Below, one piece after another: positions 1 through 8,859 of a stretch of DNA of 64,000 nucleotides (position 1 is its first letter; each line of letters begins with the position of its first letter). The position numbers and the translations under genes are program-made. The notes under the pieces are model-generated. The model searched no databases. It saw only the letters and a program-made list of their open reading frames with translations, and had not been told where the DNA came from. Source of the stretch: Candidatus Saccharimonadia bacterium (GTDB taxonomy: Bacteria > Patescibacteriota > Saccharimonadia > UBA4664); assembly GCA_038244585.1 (NCBI GenBank), contig JBBRTI010000002.1, positions 258 to 64,257 on the forward strand, given 5' to 3'.

Positions 1-1
1 G

Positions 2-367
2 GCTCGTTCCTACGAGCCCGGTATCCACCTGGTCAACATCGACCTCGTGGCTCACTGGGAGCCGGAGGACGGTCGAACCCTCGTGGAAGTCCGTGAGCAG
101 GCCAAGAGCCAGGGCGAGATTCTCGCCCAGCTCGAGGTCATCTCCATCTACGGTGTTCTCACCCAGCTCTTCATGGAGCAGGACGGTGAGAACCTCCCGT
201 ACTCGGACATGCCCGGCACCGTCGTGACGTTTCCCGGCGACTCCGAGCCGTGCGCTCTGTACGTGGACTGGCACCGCATCGGCCGCGGGGCCGGGTTCGA
301 CGCCGACTGGGTCGGCTACCGCAGCTACGGGTGGGCGGCGCCGGTGCTCAGGGAGTTGCAGAGCTAG
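2..367 (+). CDS. hypothetical protein, 5'-truncated by the window edge
   Basis: Open frame runs from the window start to a stop at 367. The track ORF 47..367 starts at a GTG, but the frame is open upstream. A hairpin follows the stop. No recognisable motifs. Confidence 0.45.
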   Translation, partial: ARSYEPGIHLVNIDLVAHWEPEDGRTLVEVREQAKSQGEILAQLEVISIYGVLTQLFMEQDGENLPYSDMPGTVVTFPGDSEPCALYVDWHRIGRGAGFDADWVGYRSYGWAAPVLRELQS

Positions 368-425
368 GACTTCGGTCCCTAGGGGCTTGGAGGGCCTTGG
401 ATTTCGATCCTTGGCCCTCCGCCCC
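363..425 (+). terminator. hairpin cluster after the first CDS (ggagggcc...ggccctcc stem, no clear U-tract)
   Basis: Inverted repeats ctaggac/gtccctag and ggagggcc/ggccctcc lie directly after the stop at 367. Confidence 0.3.
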
Positions 426-520
426 GCAGGGGCGCAAATTCAATTTTTCACGCACGTGGATATTGGAGGAGCGTCCCTTCTTCATGTTCAAAAATTTGCG
501 ATAATCTAGGAGGCAGAAAG

Positions 521-580
521 TTGTCGAATCCGTGTCGTTGTGAATGTGACTCGTCGAAACGCGCCACAACTCGTACTTAA
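521..580 (+). CDS. candidate 19-aa Cys-rich small ORF (MSNPCRCECDSSKRATTRT)
   Basis: TTG start lies 7 nt after a perfect AGGAGG Shine-Dalgarno (508-513). The product carries a CxCxC motif. It sits in an AT-rich region upstream of the rSAM locus. It is below the ORF-track size cut-off. Confidence 0.2.
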   Translation: MSNPCRCECDSSKRATTRT

Positions 581-741
581 TTACTCCTCTCGTGAAAGTA
601 ATCCTCGTTTAAGTTACTCAGAAGGTTTAAACGGGGTCATCCATCACGTATCAAATTTAAGGGTGAAGTTCTATCATCGGACTGAGCGACCTGCCATGAA
701 ATTATTTCGACAACAGCGATATTTGGGTCGCTTTTTGTCTA

Positions 742-770
742 TTGACATTCATTACTTGTTATACTATAAT
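742..770 (+). promoter_or_regulatory. sigma70-type promoter with perfect consensus TTGACA-N17-TATAAT
   Basis: TTGACA at 742-747, a 17-nt spacer, TATAAT at 765-770. It lies about 90 nt upstream of the ATG at 861. Confidence 0.6.
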
Positions 771-860
771 GTAATAATCTTTGAAATGTCACAACTTCAC
801 AGAAGAACCAGACCAATTGAGCTATCCAGCTTTTGGTTGGACTCACAACTAGGAGATGTT

Positions 861-1139
861 ATGTCAAACGCAAGACCCACAGCTTCTCAAACCGCACGGA
901 CCGTGGCGAAGGTGAACGCGGACATTGAGGCTGCCCGCTCCTTCTGTGTCTTCTCCGCAGGTTTCGCTGTATTCGGTTTCGCGAGCAACGCAGTGTCGGT
1001 GGCATATGATACGTTTCGCACTCAGGGCGGATGGCTCATATTCATGGCTGTGCTTTCATCGGTTTTTGGCGGCGCTTCCCTATATTTCTTTTTGAAACAC
1101 AAGGAGCTCCTCGCCGAAAGGCACTCCATCTCCAATTAG
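861..1139 (+). CDS. small membrane protein (92 aa, two predicted TM helices)
   Basis: ATG at 861 is preceded by AGGAG (851-855). The longer track ORF from 540 is AT-rich and crosses the promoter. There are two hydrophobic stretches (FCVFSAGFAVFGFA and WLIFMAVLSSVFGGASLYFF). Confidence 0.55.
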   Translation: MSNARPTASQTARTVAKVNADIEAARSFCVFSAGFAVFGFASNAVSVAYDTFRTQGGWLIFMAVLSSVFGGASLYFFLKHKELLAERHSISN

Positions 1140-1147
1140 TAACAACG

Positions 1148-1176
1148 CCGCCCGAGAGCGTATAATCTCGGGCAAC
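1148..1176 (+). terminator. weak hairpin (cccgaga/tctcggg) after the small membrane protein gene
   Basis: A 7-bp inverted repeat lies directly after the stop at 1139. No strong U-tract. Confidence 0.25.
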
Positions 1177-1439
1177 TAACAAAGTTATTTATATATTAAA
1201 TGGTTTTGATCGTTGCATTTGTATTGTTCTAAGTTCGTCCCACAGACCCTGCCAGTTATAATTCCAAAAAAGTGGCATAAACGAGCCGCTTTTTTTGTAT
1301 TTTGTATGGAGAAGAATTAAAAATTGCTCGTATTAAAGCACAAAGGTTACATAGACTTCTTGGCAATAGAATGCTAAAGTAGGGCCTCGTTAGCTGACTC
1401 TGTTTCCGCAGTTGGCCTGTACCTTTCCAGGGAGAAATT

Positions 1440-2554
1440 ATGTATCAACCACTTGTTTTGGTACCGACCGTTCGCGATCTCCGCTTGTTATTCAGGGCAT
1501 CCGATGATTACGCACTGCTGGCACCTGGTGCATTGGAAGTTCTCAAACGCGCGGTTCAAAAGAGGCAGTCTTTACCGAAATCAATTCTACGGCAGGCTCA
1601 GAGAATGTGGGGGATTGATCTTTCGTCAAATGACGCAGCCCAAGCCTTGCTGATCCGCGAACCCGCTTGCTCCAGCTACGACAACGCCTCTTGGGAACTT
1701 AATATGAGGTGCAATTATAGTTGTGAGCATTGCTATTTAGGGCCTAAATCAATTGAGTCGATACCCATGCGAGAGAGGATAGTTATCCTTGAAACCATGC
1801 GAGATTTAGGTGTCTACCGCCTCCAAATCACTGGTGGCGAGCCGCTCATTGATCGGCATTTCGCAGAAAGCTACATGGCCGCCTATCGAATGGCATGCTA
1901 ATTCGGCTCAGCACCAATGCCAGTCGGCTACATCAGGAAGAAACTTTGAGGCTATTGACCGACTTTCCACCGCTGCATGTAGCTATCAGCCTATACGGTG
2001 CCACAGCCGCGGCATATGAGTCGCTGACTCGGACGCCTGCTGGGACCTTTAAGCGCTTCTTGCGCGGTTTAACGGCAGCCAACGAGGCCGGAATTAATTT
2101 GCGCCTGAACATTATCGTTACCAAGCACAACGATCATCAGGTAGCAGATATGGAGGCACTAGCCGATAGTTTAGGTATAGAACACTTTGTCTATGGGAGA
2201 ATTACTTCAACCTACCAAGGCACCGGAGAAGTTCTGTCCGCTCAAAGTCCGAAGGTGGACTTGCGCAAGCGACGAGACCCCTTTACGGGCTGTAACGCGG
2301 GAAAGACATTCTTTCACGTGGATCCGTTAGGGCGAGCCAGTATCTGTAAATTTGGTCGGGTTCCCTGGATCCAATTACAGCAAGATAGCATTGCTGGTAT
2401 GGGCCAACTGGCGGCTATCTCCGATAAGTTGCTTACCCGAAGCGGTACTTGCGACGGCTGTACGATCCAGTCTAGCTGCAGCACTTGCCCACCGATGGTC
2501 GCTGATTATCGCAGCGCGGGTGCTCTAGAAGACTTTTTCTGCCAACACTCCTGA
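1440..2554 (+). CDS. radical SAM/SPASM-domain peptide-modifying enzyme with an N-terminal RRE-like extension; the frame is interrupted near 1850-1900 (two ORFs, 1440..1901 and 1895..2554)
   Basis: CNYSCEHC is a CxxxCxxC radical SAM cluster motif lying about 85 aa from the N-terminus. The GGEPL glycine-rich SAM motif is present. The STNASRL (TNG-like) motif continues in the second frame. The C-terminus has a SPASM-like Cys cluster (CNAGK...C...CDGC...C..C). GGGAG RBS precedes the ATG at 1440. Confidence 0.7.
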
Positions 2555-2569
2555 GAGGAGGTGATACTT

Positions 2570-2668
2570 GTGGACGACAACGATAGCCTAGTCATTGGTG
2601 AGGGCAATCTCGCGCTCGATTTCAAGCGAGACTGCAGTTGCTCAGGCAGCGACGACAACCCACACTAA
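2570..2668 (+). CDS. candidate RiPP precursor peptide, 32 aa (MDDNDSLVIGEGNLALDFKRDCSCSGSDDNPH)
   Basis: GTG at 2570 lies 5 nt after GAGGAGGTGA and 15 nt after the rSAM stop. It has an acidic leader-like N-terminus and a Cys-containing C-terminus. The stop at 2668 is followed 18 nt later by a strong intrinsic terminator. Confidence 0.4.
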   Translation: MDDNDSLVIGEGNLALDFKRDCSCSGSDDNPH

Positions 2669-2685
2669 CTTTCAAGTTGGTGCTA

Positions 2686-2714
2686 CCGCCCCGGGGATTC
2701 CCGGGGCGGTTTTC
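2686..2714 (+). terminator. rho-independent terminator (ccgccccgggg-attc-ccccggggcgg-tttt)
   Basis: Perfect GC-rich 11-bp stem, 4-nt loop, then TTTT. Confidence 0.85.
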
Positions 2715-2730
2715 CGTTATAATAAATATT

Positions 2731-3579
2731 ATGACAAACGCAAAACTTCTTCAGAAGCTCATCACTACTCCTTACGTGCCGTTACTCGGTCCGGTACACC
2801 CAGATCTCATCGATGAGCAGCTGCTGGCCAATGTATTTCTTGCTGGAGATGCCGACGAGCTCCTGCCCTTCGACAAGGATCGACGCTGGTATATAAGCAA
2901 GCCGGCAATCATTCTATCAGACCACATTTACCGAAGCGTCACAGGCATGATTGTCCCGGTACTATCAAAGGGTTTGGAGCGCGTTAAGCTGTTGTGTTAC
3001 GGAGAAGCGGATCAGGACGATTTTAACAGCTGCGTTGAAGGAGTCAGGAGCTTGCATCCAATGTGCCAGATAACTATCGTCAGCTTTGCTCCCGTTGCAA
3101 CCCCCGTAGACAACGCTTCAATACTATTTCTCAAGCGTTTTTCAGAAATCGATAGTCGATCTGGCAATGCGACCGTTGAGCAAATAAGCGTAACAGAGGC
3201 CGGCAGTCTTGCAAGTTTGGCCGACGACGCCGAAAACTCTGGCTTCGGTTTTCTGGCGCGACAGTATGGCGAGAGGGAGCTCGGACCAACCTTTGTTATC
3301 CGTGACAACGGATTAGTTGTTGCTGCTGTCGGGCCAATAGATACGATGCCGGACTCAGCAGGACAATTATTATGTCTCCCACCATACGTCGGTGTAGCAA
3401 GTAATTATCGTGGCAGGGGACTCGGTAGCCTTGTTTGGCGAGCTGCCATGTCTTACGCTTCCGTCAAGGGGGCAACCTATCTATTACTTCAATCGGAGGC
3501 CGGCCAGGCTTCAGAGTATTTCTATGAGTCTCAAGGTTTAGTAGGGCTCGGAGCAGTAATTTCTAGACCAATAATATGA
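2731..3579 (+). CDS. GNAT-family N-acetyltransferase-like protein (C-terminal GNAT fold)
   Basis: ATG at 2731 lies after the terminator and an AT-rich stretch. RGRGLG matches the acetyl-CoA-binding motif A (R/Q-x-x-G-x-G/A). The ...YLLLQSEAG...YFYESQGL region is GNAT-like. The N-terminal half is unassigned. Confidence 0.55.
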   Translation: MTNAKLLQKLITTPYVPLLGPVHPDLIDEQLLANVFLAGDADELLPFDKDRRWYISKPAIILSDHIYRSVTGMIVPVLSKGLERVKLLCYGEADQDDFNSCVEGVRSLHPMCQITIVSFAPVATPVDNASILFLKRFSEIDSRSGNATVEQISVTEAGSLASLADDAENSGFGFLARQYGERELGPTFVIRDNGLVVAAVGPIDTMPDSAGQLLCLPPYVGVASNYRGRGLGSLVWRAAMSYASVKGATYLLLQSEAGQASEYFYESQGLVGLGAVISRPII

Positions 3580-3852
3580 TTTAAACCCGAAATCATAGTC
3601 GAAACCTCATCAATATTTCGGCGGTGAAGGGTATTCGGGTATCGATGTCAAAAGTTTGGTTCCAGAACATCGTCCCCTGCCATGGATTTTAGGATGAAAC
3701 GGGCTTCGATTACGGAGTCTATTTTTGATTTATGTCTATTAAATGATCGGGCATTTAATTAAATTGACAAAATGCAATATCTATAGCATAGTTTTTGACA
3801 TGTGATTTACGCTTGTATTTCCATGCACCTACAACAAGCAGGGAGTAGTGAG

Positions 3853-4272
3853 ATGCTTTTAAAATTCCTAGGCATTGGCCACCGCCAGCCGGTCGGTGCG
3901 GTTAGTGAGGCACCTCTGTCACGAGACCAAGCGCGCCTGCTGAAAGCCGCAAGGCGGGAGGCGAAGCGACTCGGTGATGAGATGTACGTACACGAAACTC
4001 TGATTCCGATTATCGACCGCCTTTTTGACTCACGCGGAGACCAGGTTGACGTCGGCCTACTGAAAATTACCCGAACCCAAACGGGCGTGACCATCCAACC
4101 CGTTATGTTTGACCCTTACGCACACTACGGAGAGGTCAAAGTGCACCCGTCAGACGTCCTACCGGCCCTCAAGGAGTACTACACGGGTCGCGGGTATACT
4201 ATAACGGCGAAGATGCACCCCGACATTCCTGAAGGTTTTTTTTCGGTTCTACGTATCGTCATCGCTCCGTAG
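3853..4272 (+). CDS. hypothetical protein (139 aa)
   Basis: ATG at 3853 is preceded by GGGAG. It lies downstream of an AT-rich promoter-like region. No recognisable motifs. Confidence 0.45.
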   Translation: MLLKFLGIGHRQPVGAVSEAPLSRDQARLLKAARREAKRLGDEMYVHETLIPIIDRLFDSRGDQVDVGLLKITRTQTGVTIQPVMFDPYAHYGEVKVHPSDVLPALKEYYTGRGYTITAKMHPDIPEGFFSVLRIVIAP

Positions 4273-4284
4273 ATCACAACAACC

Positions 4285-4345
4285 GACCCCGTACCGAAGT
4301 AGAGCCTCGCTCCTTTGGAACGGGGTTTTACTTTTAGTCAATTGG
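4285..4345 (+). terminator. hairpin followed by a T-rich tract (aaccccgt...acggggtttt)
   Basis: Inverted repeat ccccgt/acgggg then ttttacttttag, after the stop at 4272. Confidence 0.35.
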
Positions 4346-4439
4346 CCGTACGTTAGGTGTTGCACCGAACGTGCCCATAAATGCGGAGACAAGGCTAACC
4401 TGGTGAAACGGTTATGCTTACTGCTATAATCGCTACAAC

Positions 4440-5141
4440 ATGAAGAAAACTGGCACAACCCTGTACTGTTTCTCTCCCCCGGTGATGATAGCCACTTTTA
4501 TCATTGAGCTAGCGACGCTGCTCTATACGGTGATTAGATATCGCTTTACACCCCTGACTCGCGTGATTGCTGTGATTCTACTCCTGTTGGCAGTGTTTCA
4601 GCTCGCTGAATATAATGTCTGCGGCAACCTTGGGCTTTCGGCTGACGCTTGGTCAAGAATCGGCTATGTTGCCATCACTTTGCTGCCCGCCCTGTCGATT
4701 CATTTGATAATGATTGTGTCACGGCGGCATTGGCAGTGGCTCGTTTGGTTAAGCTACCTAACCGCCGCCGGCTTCGCCTTACTTTTCGGATTGAGCCAGT
4801 CGGCCTTTGCCAACCACGTCTGCTCAGGCAATTACGTCATCTTTCATTTAGTAGGCTCGGTTGGGAGAATCTACTTTGTTTATTATTATGCCTGGTTGAT
4901 TATCGGCATCTTTCTCGGCCTCTACCTCAGCGTGAATGCATCGAAAAAGATCCGTACGGCCCTGATACTGCAGGTCGTTGGCTACTTAAGCTTTCTACTA
5001 CCGACGGCGGTCGTAAATACGGTGAACCCGCGAACTATCTCCGGAATTCCGAGCATTATGTGTGGATTCGCCATAATCTATGCCCTAATCCTGGTCTTTG
5101 GCGTGGCGCCGCTAATGCTGCCGAAGCGAGCCAGACGCTAA
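4440..5141 (+). CDS. polytopic integral membrane protein (about 6-7 TM helices), function unknown
   Basis: Hydrophobic helices run throughout and the protein ends in a basic tail (PKRARR). No catalytic motifs. Confidence 0.55.
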   Translation: MKKTGTTLYCFSPPVMIATFIIELATLLYTVIRYRFTPLTRVIAVILLLLAVFQLAEYNVCGNLGLSADAWSRIGYVAITLLPALSIHLIMIVSRRHWQWLVWLSYLTAAGFALLFGLSQSAFANHVCSGNYVIFHLVGSVGRIYFVYYYAWLIIGIFLGLYLSVNASKKIRTALILQVVGYLSFLLPTAVVNTVNPRTISGIPSIMCGFAIIYALILVFGVAPLMLPKRARR

Positions 5142-5219
5142 CGTACCGATTCTTTACATCCCCAGCGCGCAGGCAGACACTAAAGCCATAGTTATATCAA
5201 ATTGAATAAGGATCATCCT

Positions 5220-6011
5220 ATGGAACCGAATCCGCCCTCAGTAAGCTCAGCCGGCAAATCCAAATTGACTCTTAGTCTAGACCTGCGCTGGGTAGCTCTG
5301 GCGCTCGTGGCGGTTATCGTCGCCATGCTGCTGGTGTGGCAGCCGTGGAGCCAGGTCGACAGTGTAAATGCACGGACCGTTACCGTCACGGGTGACACCA
5401 CTGTCAAAGCTGTGCCCGACGAATACGTCTTTAGTCTGTCATATCAGAACACGAACGCCGACAAAGCAGTGGCTATTCAGAAGGCTGGTGCTACGAGCGC
5501 GGAGATCATAGCCAAGCTCAAAGCTCTCGGGGTCACCGATAAGCAGATCAAGACTAGAGTAGACGGCTACGGCAACGCCCAACCAGATTATATGGGCATC
5601 GGCCGTCCCGTGCCTGTGCCTTCAGACGGCGGGTATGTCTATACCCTGCAGCTCACCGTGACCTTGACCGATCGGGCGAAGACCCAGCAAGTCCAGGATT
5701 ACCTGGTTACAACCAACCCGACCGGAACGGTCACCCCGATGCCGACCTTTAGCGACGGACTCCGCAAACAGCTTGAATCCAAAGCCCGTGACGCGGCCAC
5801 CCGCGAAGCCCGTACTAAGGCCGACCAATCCGCCCGCAATCTCGGCTTCAAAGTCGGCAGCGTCAAAAGTGTCGATGACGGCGGCGGAATCCGGCCGATG
5901 ATGGGTGGTGTCAGCAGTTCCGAGGCGAAAGACAGCGCCCCCAGCTTCAGCGTCCAGCCCGGTGAGAACGATCTCAATTACTCCGTAACCGTCACTTACT
6001 ACATAAAGTAG
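5220..6011 (+). CDS. SIMPL-domain (DUF541 / BP26-like) protein with an N-terminal signal anchor
   Basis: ATG at 5220 follows AAGGA. A TM anchor is followed by TVTVTGDTTVKAVPDEYVFSLSY... and a C-terminal ...QPGENDLNYSVTVTYYIK, a pattern typical of SIMPL proteins. Confidence 0.55.
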   Translation: MEPNPPSVSSAGKSKLTLSLDLRWVALALVAVIVAMLLVWQPWSQVDSVNARTVTVTGDTTVKAVPDEYVFSLSYQNTNADKAVAIQKAGATSAEIIAKLKALGVTDKQIKTRVDGYGNAQPDYMGIGRPVPVPSDGGYVYTLQLTVTLTDRAKTQQVQDYLVTTNPTGTVTPMPTFSDGLRKQLESKARDAATREARTKADQSARNLGFKVGSVKSVDDGGGIRPMMGGVSSSEAKDSAPSFSVQPGENDLNYSVTVTYYIK

Positions 6012-6137
6012 CCAATGCGCGTTTGAAGCCCCTATATTTATCGTGACGCATGCCATAGACAAGTGTTCCCCTGACAAAGCAAAATGTTAGTACAATGAGA
6101 ATGCATATGATTAACAAACTTATCGGAGGACTAGTCA

Positions 6138-6329
6138 ATGGCTAACAGAGGACAGAATGTGCGCAGCGCAGGTTCCTCAGGTGCCGTTTACGGGTTTGGC
6201 TTTATCGGCGTAGTGATTTATTATATCGCGCACGCATCAACTTTCACGATCGGATTCATTGGATTCCTGAAGGCTATAGTGTGGCCGGCGTTCCTGGTTT
6301 ACGCTATGCTCGATTTCTTAAAGCTGTAG
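6138..6329 (+). CDS. small hydrophobic membrane protein (63 aa)
   Basis: GGAGG RBS precedes the ATG. There are two hydrophobic helices. Confidence 0.4.
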   Translation: MANRGQNVRSAGSSGAVYGFGFIGVVIYYIAHASTFTIGFIGFLKAIVWPAFLVYAMLDFLKL

Positions 6330-6339
6330 TAGGCGAGAC

Positions 6340-8235
6340 CTACAATTTGCTATAGCGAAGCATCAGCGAACTCGTCACCACCGAGACTGAGCTAAACGCC
6401 ATGGCTAGACCGGCAATGGCTGGGTTGAGAGTGAGGCCGAGCGGTACGAGCATGCCGGCTGCCACCGGTATGCCGGCCAGGTTGTAGACGAAGGCCCAAA
6501 ATAGGTTGAGGCGGATCCGGCCGAACGTCTTGTGGCTGAGCGTTAGGGCCCGGGAGACGTCGCGCAGGTCGTTTTTAACGAGGACGATGCCGCCCGCTTC
6601 CATGGCGATGTCCGTACCGGATCCCATGGCGATGCCCAGATCGGCTTGGGCCAGGGCCGGCGCATCGTTGATGCCGTCGCCGACGAAGGCGACCTTGCCG
6701 CGCTGCTGCAGCGTTTTAACGTGGTCGGCCTTGTCGCCGGGCAGCACTTCGGCAATGACGTTGGTGATACCTACCGCGCGAGCGATTGCCGCCGCTGTGG
6801 CTTTGTTGTCACCGGTGAGCATCACCGGTTCAAAGCCGCGCGCAGTCAGGTCTGCGACCGCTTCCGCCGCCATGGGCTTGGGTTCGTCCTGGACGGCAAT
6901 TAGCCCGATGAGCGAGCCGGCTTCTACTATCATCATGACGGTCTTACCTTGGCTTTCCAGTCTGGCCATCTCTTCGCCGAAAGCCGTAGCCGATAGCTGG
7001 AGGCCTTCCATCAAGGCGCGATTACCGACGGCCACGGGCTTTCCGGCCAGCTTGCCGGTTACGCCTTTGCCCTCGACAGCCTGGAAGTCTGAGGTTTTAG
7101 CGACCTCGATGCCTTCGGCTTTGGCTCGGTCAAGAATAGCCGACGCCAACGGATGTTCCGAGACGGCTTCGAGGGCAGCGGCCGTGCGTAATACCTCGGC
7201 TTCGTCGCCGACTATATCCGTCACCACCGGCCGTCCGACCGTCAGCGTTCCCGTCTTGTCGAAGACGATGTATTTGATATTATTAGCCGCTTCCAAGACT
7301 TCGCCGCTCTTGATGAGGATACCCAGACTGGCTCCTCGGCCGGTCCCGACCATCAGCGCCGTAGGCGTTGCCAGCCCCAAGGCGCACGGGCAGGCAATTA
7401 CTACCACTGCCACCGCGAACAACATCGACGCTACGAAACTGGATCCCAGCAGCACGAACCAGACGTTGAATACCAAAATCGCGAGTATTAGCACCACGGG
7501 CACGAACACGCCCGAGACCTTATCGGCTAGCTTTTGGATTGGTGCGCGGCTGTTTTGGGCCCGCCTTACCAGTTCCACGATTTGAGCGAGCAACGTTTCG
7601 GAGCCCACCTTGGTGGCCTCGAACGTAAACGATCCGGTTTTGTTAATTGTCGAGCCGATGACGATATCGCCGACGCCCTTAACCACCGGTAAACTTTCGC
7701 CCGTCACCATAGCTTCGTCGATGGTTGAACTGCCTTGCGTTATCTTGCCGTCGACAGCAATCTTCTCTCCTGGCCTTACTAGGACCAGGTCACCGACACG
7801 CACCTCGTCAAGCGGGACCGAGACTTCTTTGCCGTCGCGCAAGATCGTCGCTTGCTTGGCCTGCAGCCCTACCAGTTTCTCAATGGCGTTGGACGCCCGG
7901 TTGCGAGTGAGATCCTCGAATAGCTTGCCGAGCAGGATGAAGGTAATCAGCAGCGCAGCGATCTCAAAATAGACCTCCGTGCCCGCGCTCAAAGCGTACA
8001 GACTGTAGAAGTACGCCACACCGGTACCCAGGGCAACCAGCGTATCCATGCTAGCCTGACGGTGCTTGAAGGCCGACCACGCGCCTACGAAAAACGGGTA
8101 GCCGCCGAATACCATCACCGGCGTCGCCAAAGCCCACATGGTGAGCTTGTCACCGGGCAGCATCAGCCCCACCATAGTGAGGGCCAGTGGCAGAGAGAAA
8201 ACCAAGCTGATTATAAAACGAGTTTTCGTACTCAT
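6340..8235 (-). CDS. copA: copper-translocating P1B-type ATPase (CPC motif) that lacks an N-terminal metal-binding domain
   Basis: Motifs [15 protein letters not shown] (CPC), DKTGTLT, SEHPLA (HP) and [10 protein letters not shown] are all present. The protein starts directly with TM helices. Confidence 0.9.
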   Translation of the reverse strand: MSTKTRFIISLVFSLPLALTMVGLMLPGDKLTMWALATPVMVFGGYPFFVGAWSAFKHRQASMDTLVALGTGVAYFYSLYALSAGTEVYFEIAALLITFILLGKLFEDLTRNRASNAIEKLVGLQAKQATILRDGKEVSVPLDEVRVGDLVLVRPGEKIAVDGKITQGSSTIDEAMVTGESLPVVKGVGDIVIGSTINKTGSFTFEATKVGSETLLAQIVELVRRAQNSRAPIQKLADKVSGVFVPVVLILAILVFNVWFVLLGSSFVASMLFAVAVVVIACPCALGLATPTALMVGTGRGASLGILIKSGEVLEAANNIKYIVFDKTGTLTVGRPVVTDIVGDEAEVLRTAAALEAVSEHPLASAILDRAKAEGIEVAKTSDFQAVEGKGVTGKLAGKPVAVGNRALMEGLQLSATAFGEEMARLESQGKTVMMIVEAGSLIGLIAVQDEPKPMAAEAVADLTARGFEPVMLTGDNKATAAAIARAVGITNVIAEVLPGDKADHVKTLQQRGKVAFVGDGINDAPALAQADLGIAMGSGTDIAMEAGGIVLVKNDLRDVSRALTLSHKTFGRIRLNLFWAFVYNLAGIPVAAGMLVPLGLTLNPAIAGLAMAFSSVSVVTSSLMLRYSKL

Positions 8236-8603
8236 TTTACGACCACCTGGCCACTGAACATCTGCATTCCGCAGGTGTATTTATACTCGCCGGCCGTTTG
8301 CGGCCCGATCTCAATCATGGTTTTTTCGCCCAGCGGTAACGCCCTGGACACGCCGAAATCCGGGAGGAGGACTTCTTCGAGGCAGCCCGACGGGTCCTTT
8401 CGGTTAAAGATAAGCCTGGCCGGCACGCCGGCCGCCAGTTGGACGACCCTAGGCTGGTACCCGCCGTCAACCAATATCTCAACGGTTTGTACGCCCTCGG
8501 CCATTTCGGCCACCTGGGCCTCATCCTGGTGCTTACCGAAAAACCACCACACTATAAACCCGATAGCTAACGCTGATGTGACTAGCGAAACAATTTTGTC
8601 CAT
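8232..8603 (-). CDS. membrane-anchored cupredoxin-like domain protein
   Basis: An N-terminal TM helix is followed by a beta-rich domain ending in ...[18 protein letters not shown], which resembles the Cupredoxin_1 family that often neighbours Cu-ATPases. AAGGAG RBS is present. It overlaps the copA start and the HMA gene end. Confidence 0.45.
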   Translation of the reverse strand: MDKIVSLVTSALAIGFIVWWFFGKHQDEAQVAEMAEGVQTVEILVDGGYQPRVVQLAAGVPARLIFNRKDPSGCLEEVLLPDFGVSRALPLGEKTMIEIGPQTAGEYKYTCGMQMFSGQVVVK

Positions 8604-8848
8604 TTGGAGTGCTCCTTTTTATTATTATCCGCGCTTGCGACAGGTATGGCTACATACCCCATAGCGGCAACGGCTGCCACTATACCGTCAGGGGATTGGT
8701 CGGTTTCCTCATATTCAACCCGCATCGTGTGCCGCTTATAGTCGGCCTCCACCTTTTTGACGCCGGCAAGATCATCTTCCATGGCTTCGAGGTGCATGAT
8801 GCACGACGGGCAGCTGAGGTTTTCCAGTCTAAACGATTGGCTTGTCAT
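8582..8848 (-). CDS. copZ: CopZ-like heavy-metal-associated (HMA) domain protein with a CxxC motif
   Basis: LSCPSCIMHLEA...GVKKVEADY...GYVA follows the HMA ferredoxin-like fold pattern. CPSC is the metal-binding pair. Confidence 0.6.
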   Translation of the reverse strand: MTSQSFRLENLSCPSCIMHLEAMEDDLAGVKKVEADYKRHTMRVEYEETDQSPDGIVAAVAAMGYVAIPVASADNNKKEHSKWTKLFR

Positions 8849-8859
8849 CTTAGAACTCC

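Noticed and set aside
540-860. The 5' portion of track ORF 540..1139
   Set aside because: The upstream 107 codons are AT-rich, span a consensus promoter at 742-770, and begin with GTG. The ATG at 861 with an AGGAG RBS is the credible start.
2595-2816. 73-aa ORF spanning the intrinsic terminator and the GNAT gene start
   Set aside because: It reads through a strong terminator hairpin and overlaps the better-supported 32-aa peptide and the GNAT ATG. It has a TTG start and no RBS.
4649-5191. 180-aa plus-strand ORF in an alternative frame over the 4440-5141 membrane protein gene
   Set aside because: It shares the same strand and region as a coherent polytopic membrane protein. The alternative frame gives an Arg/Leu-rich product and has no RBS.
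6506-7585. 359-aa plus-strand ORF, with several shorter ones, lying antisense inside copA
   Set aside because: It is fully embedded opposite a gene with unmistakable P-type ATPase motifs. The product is Ala/Ser/Arg/Pro-rich low-complexity, as expected for antisense frames in GC-rich DNA.
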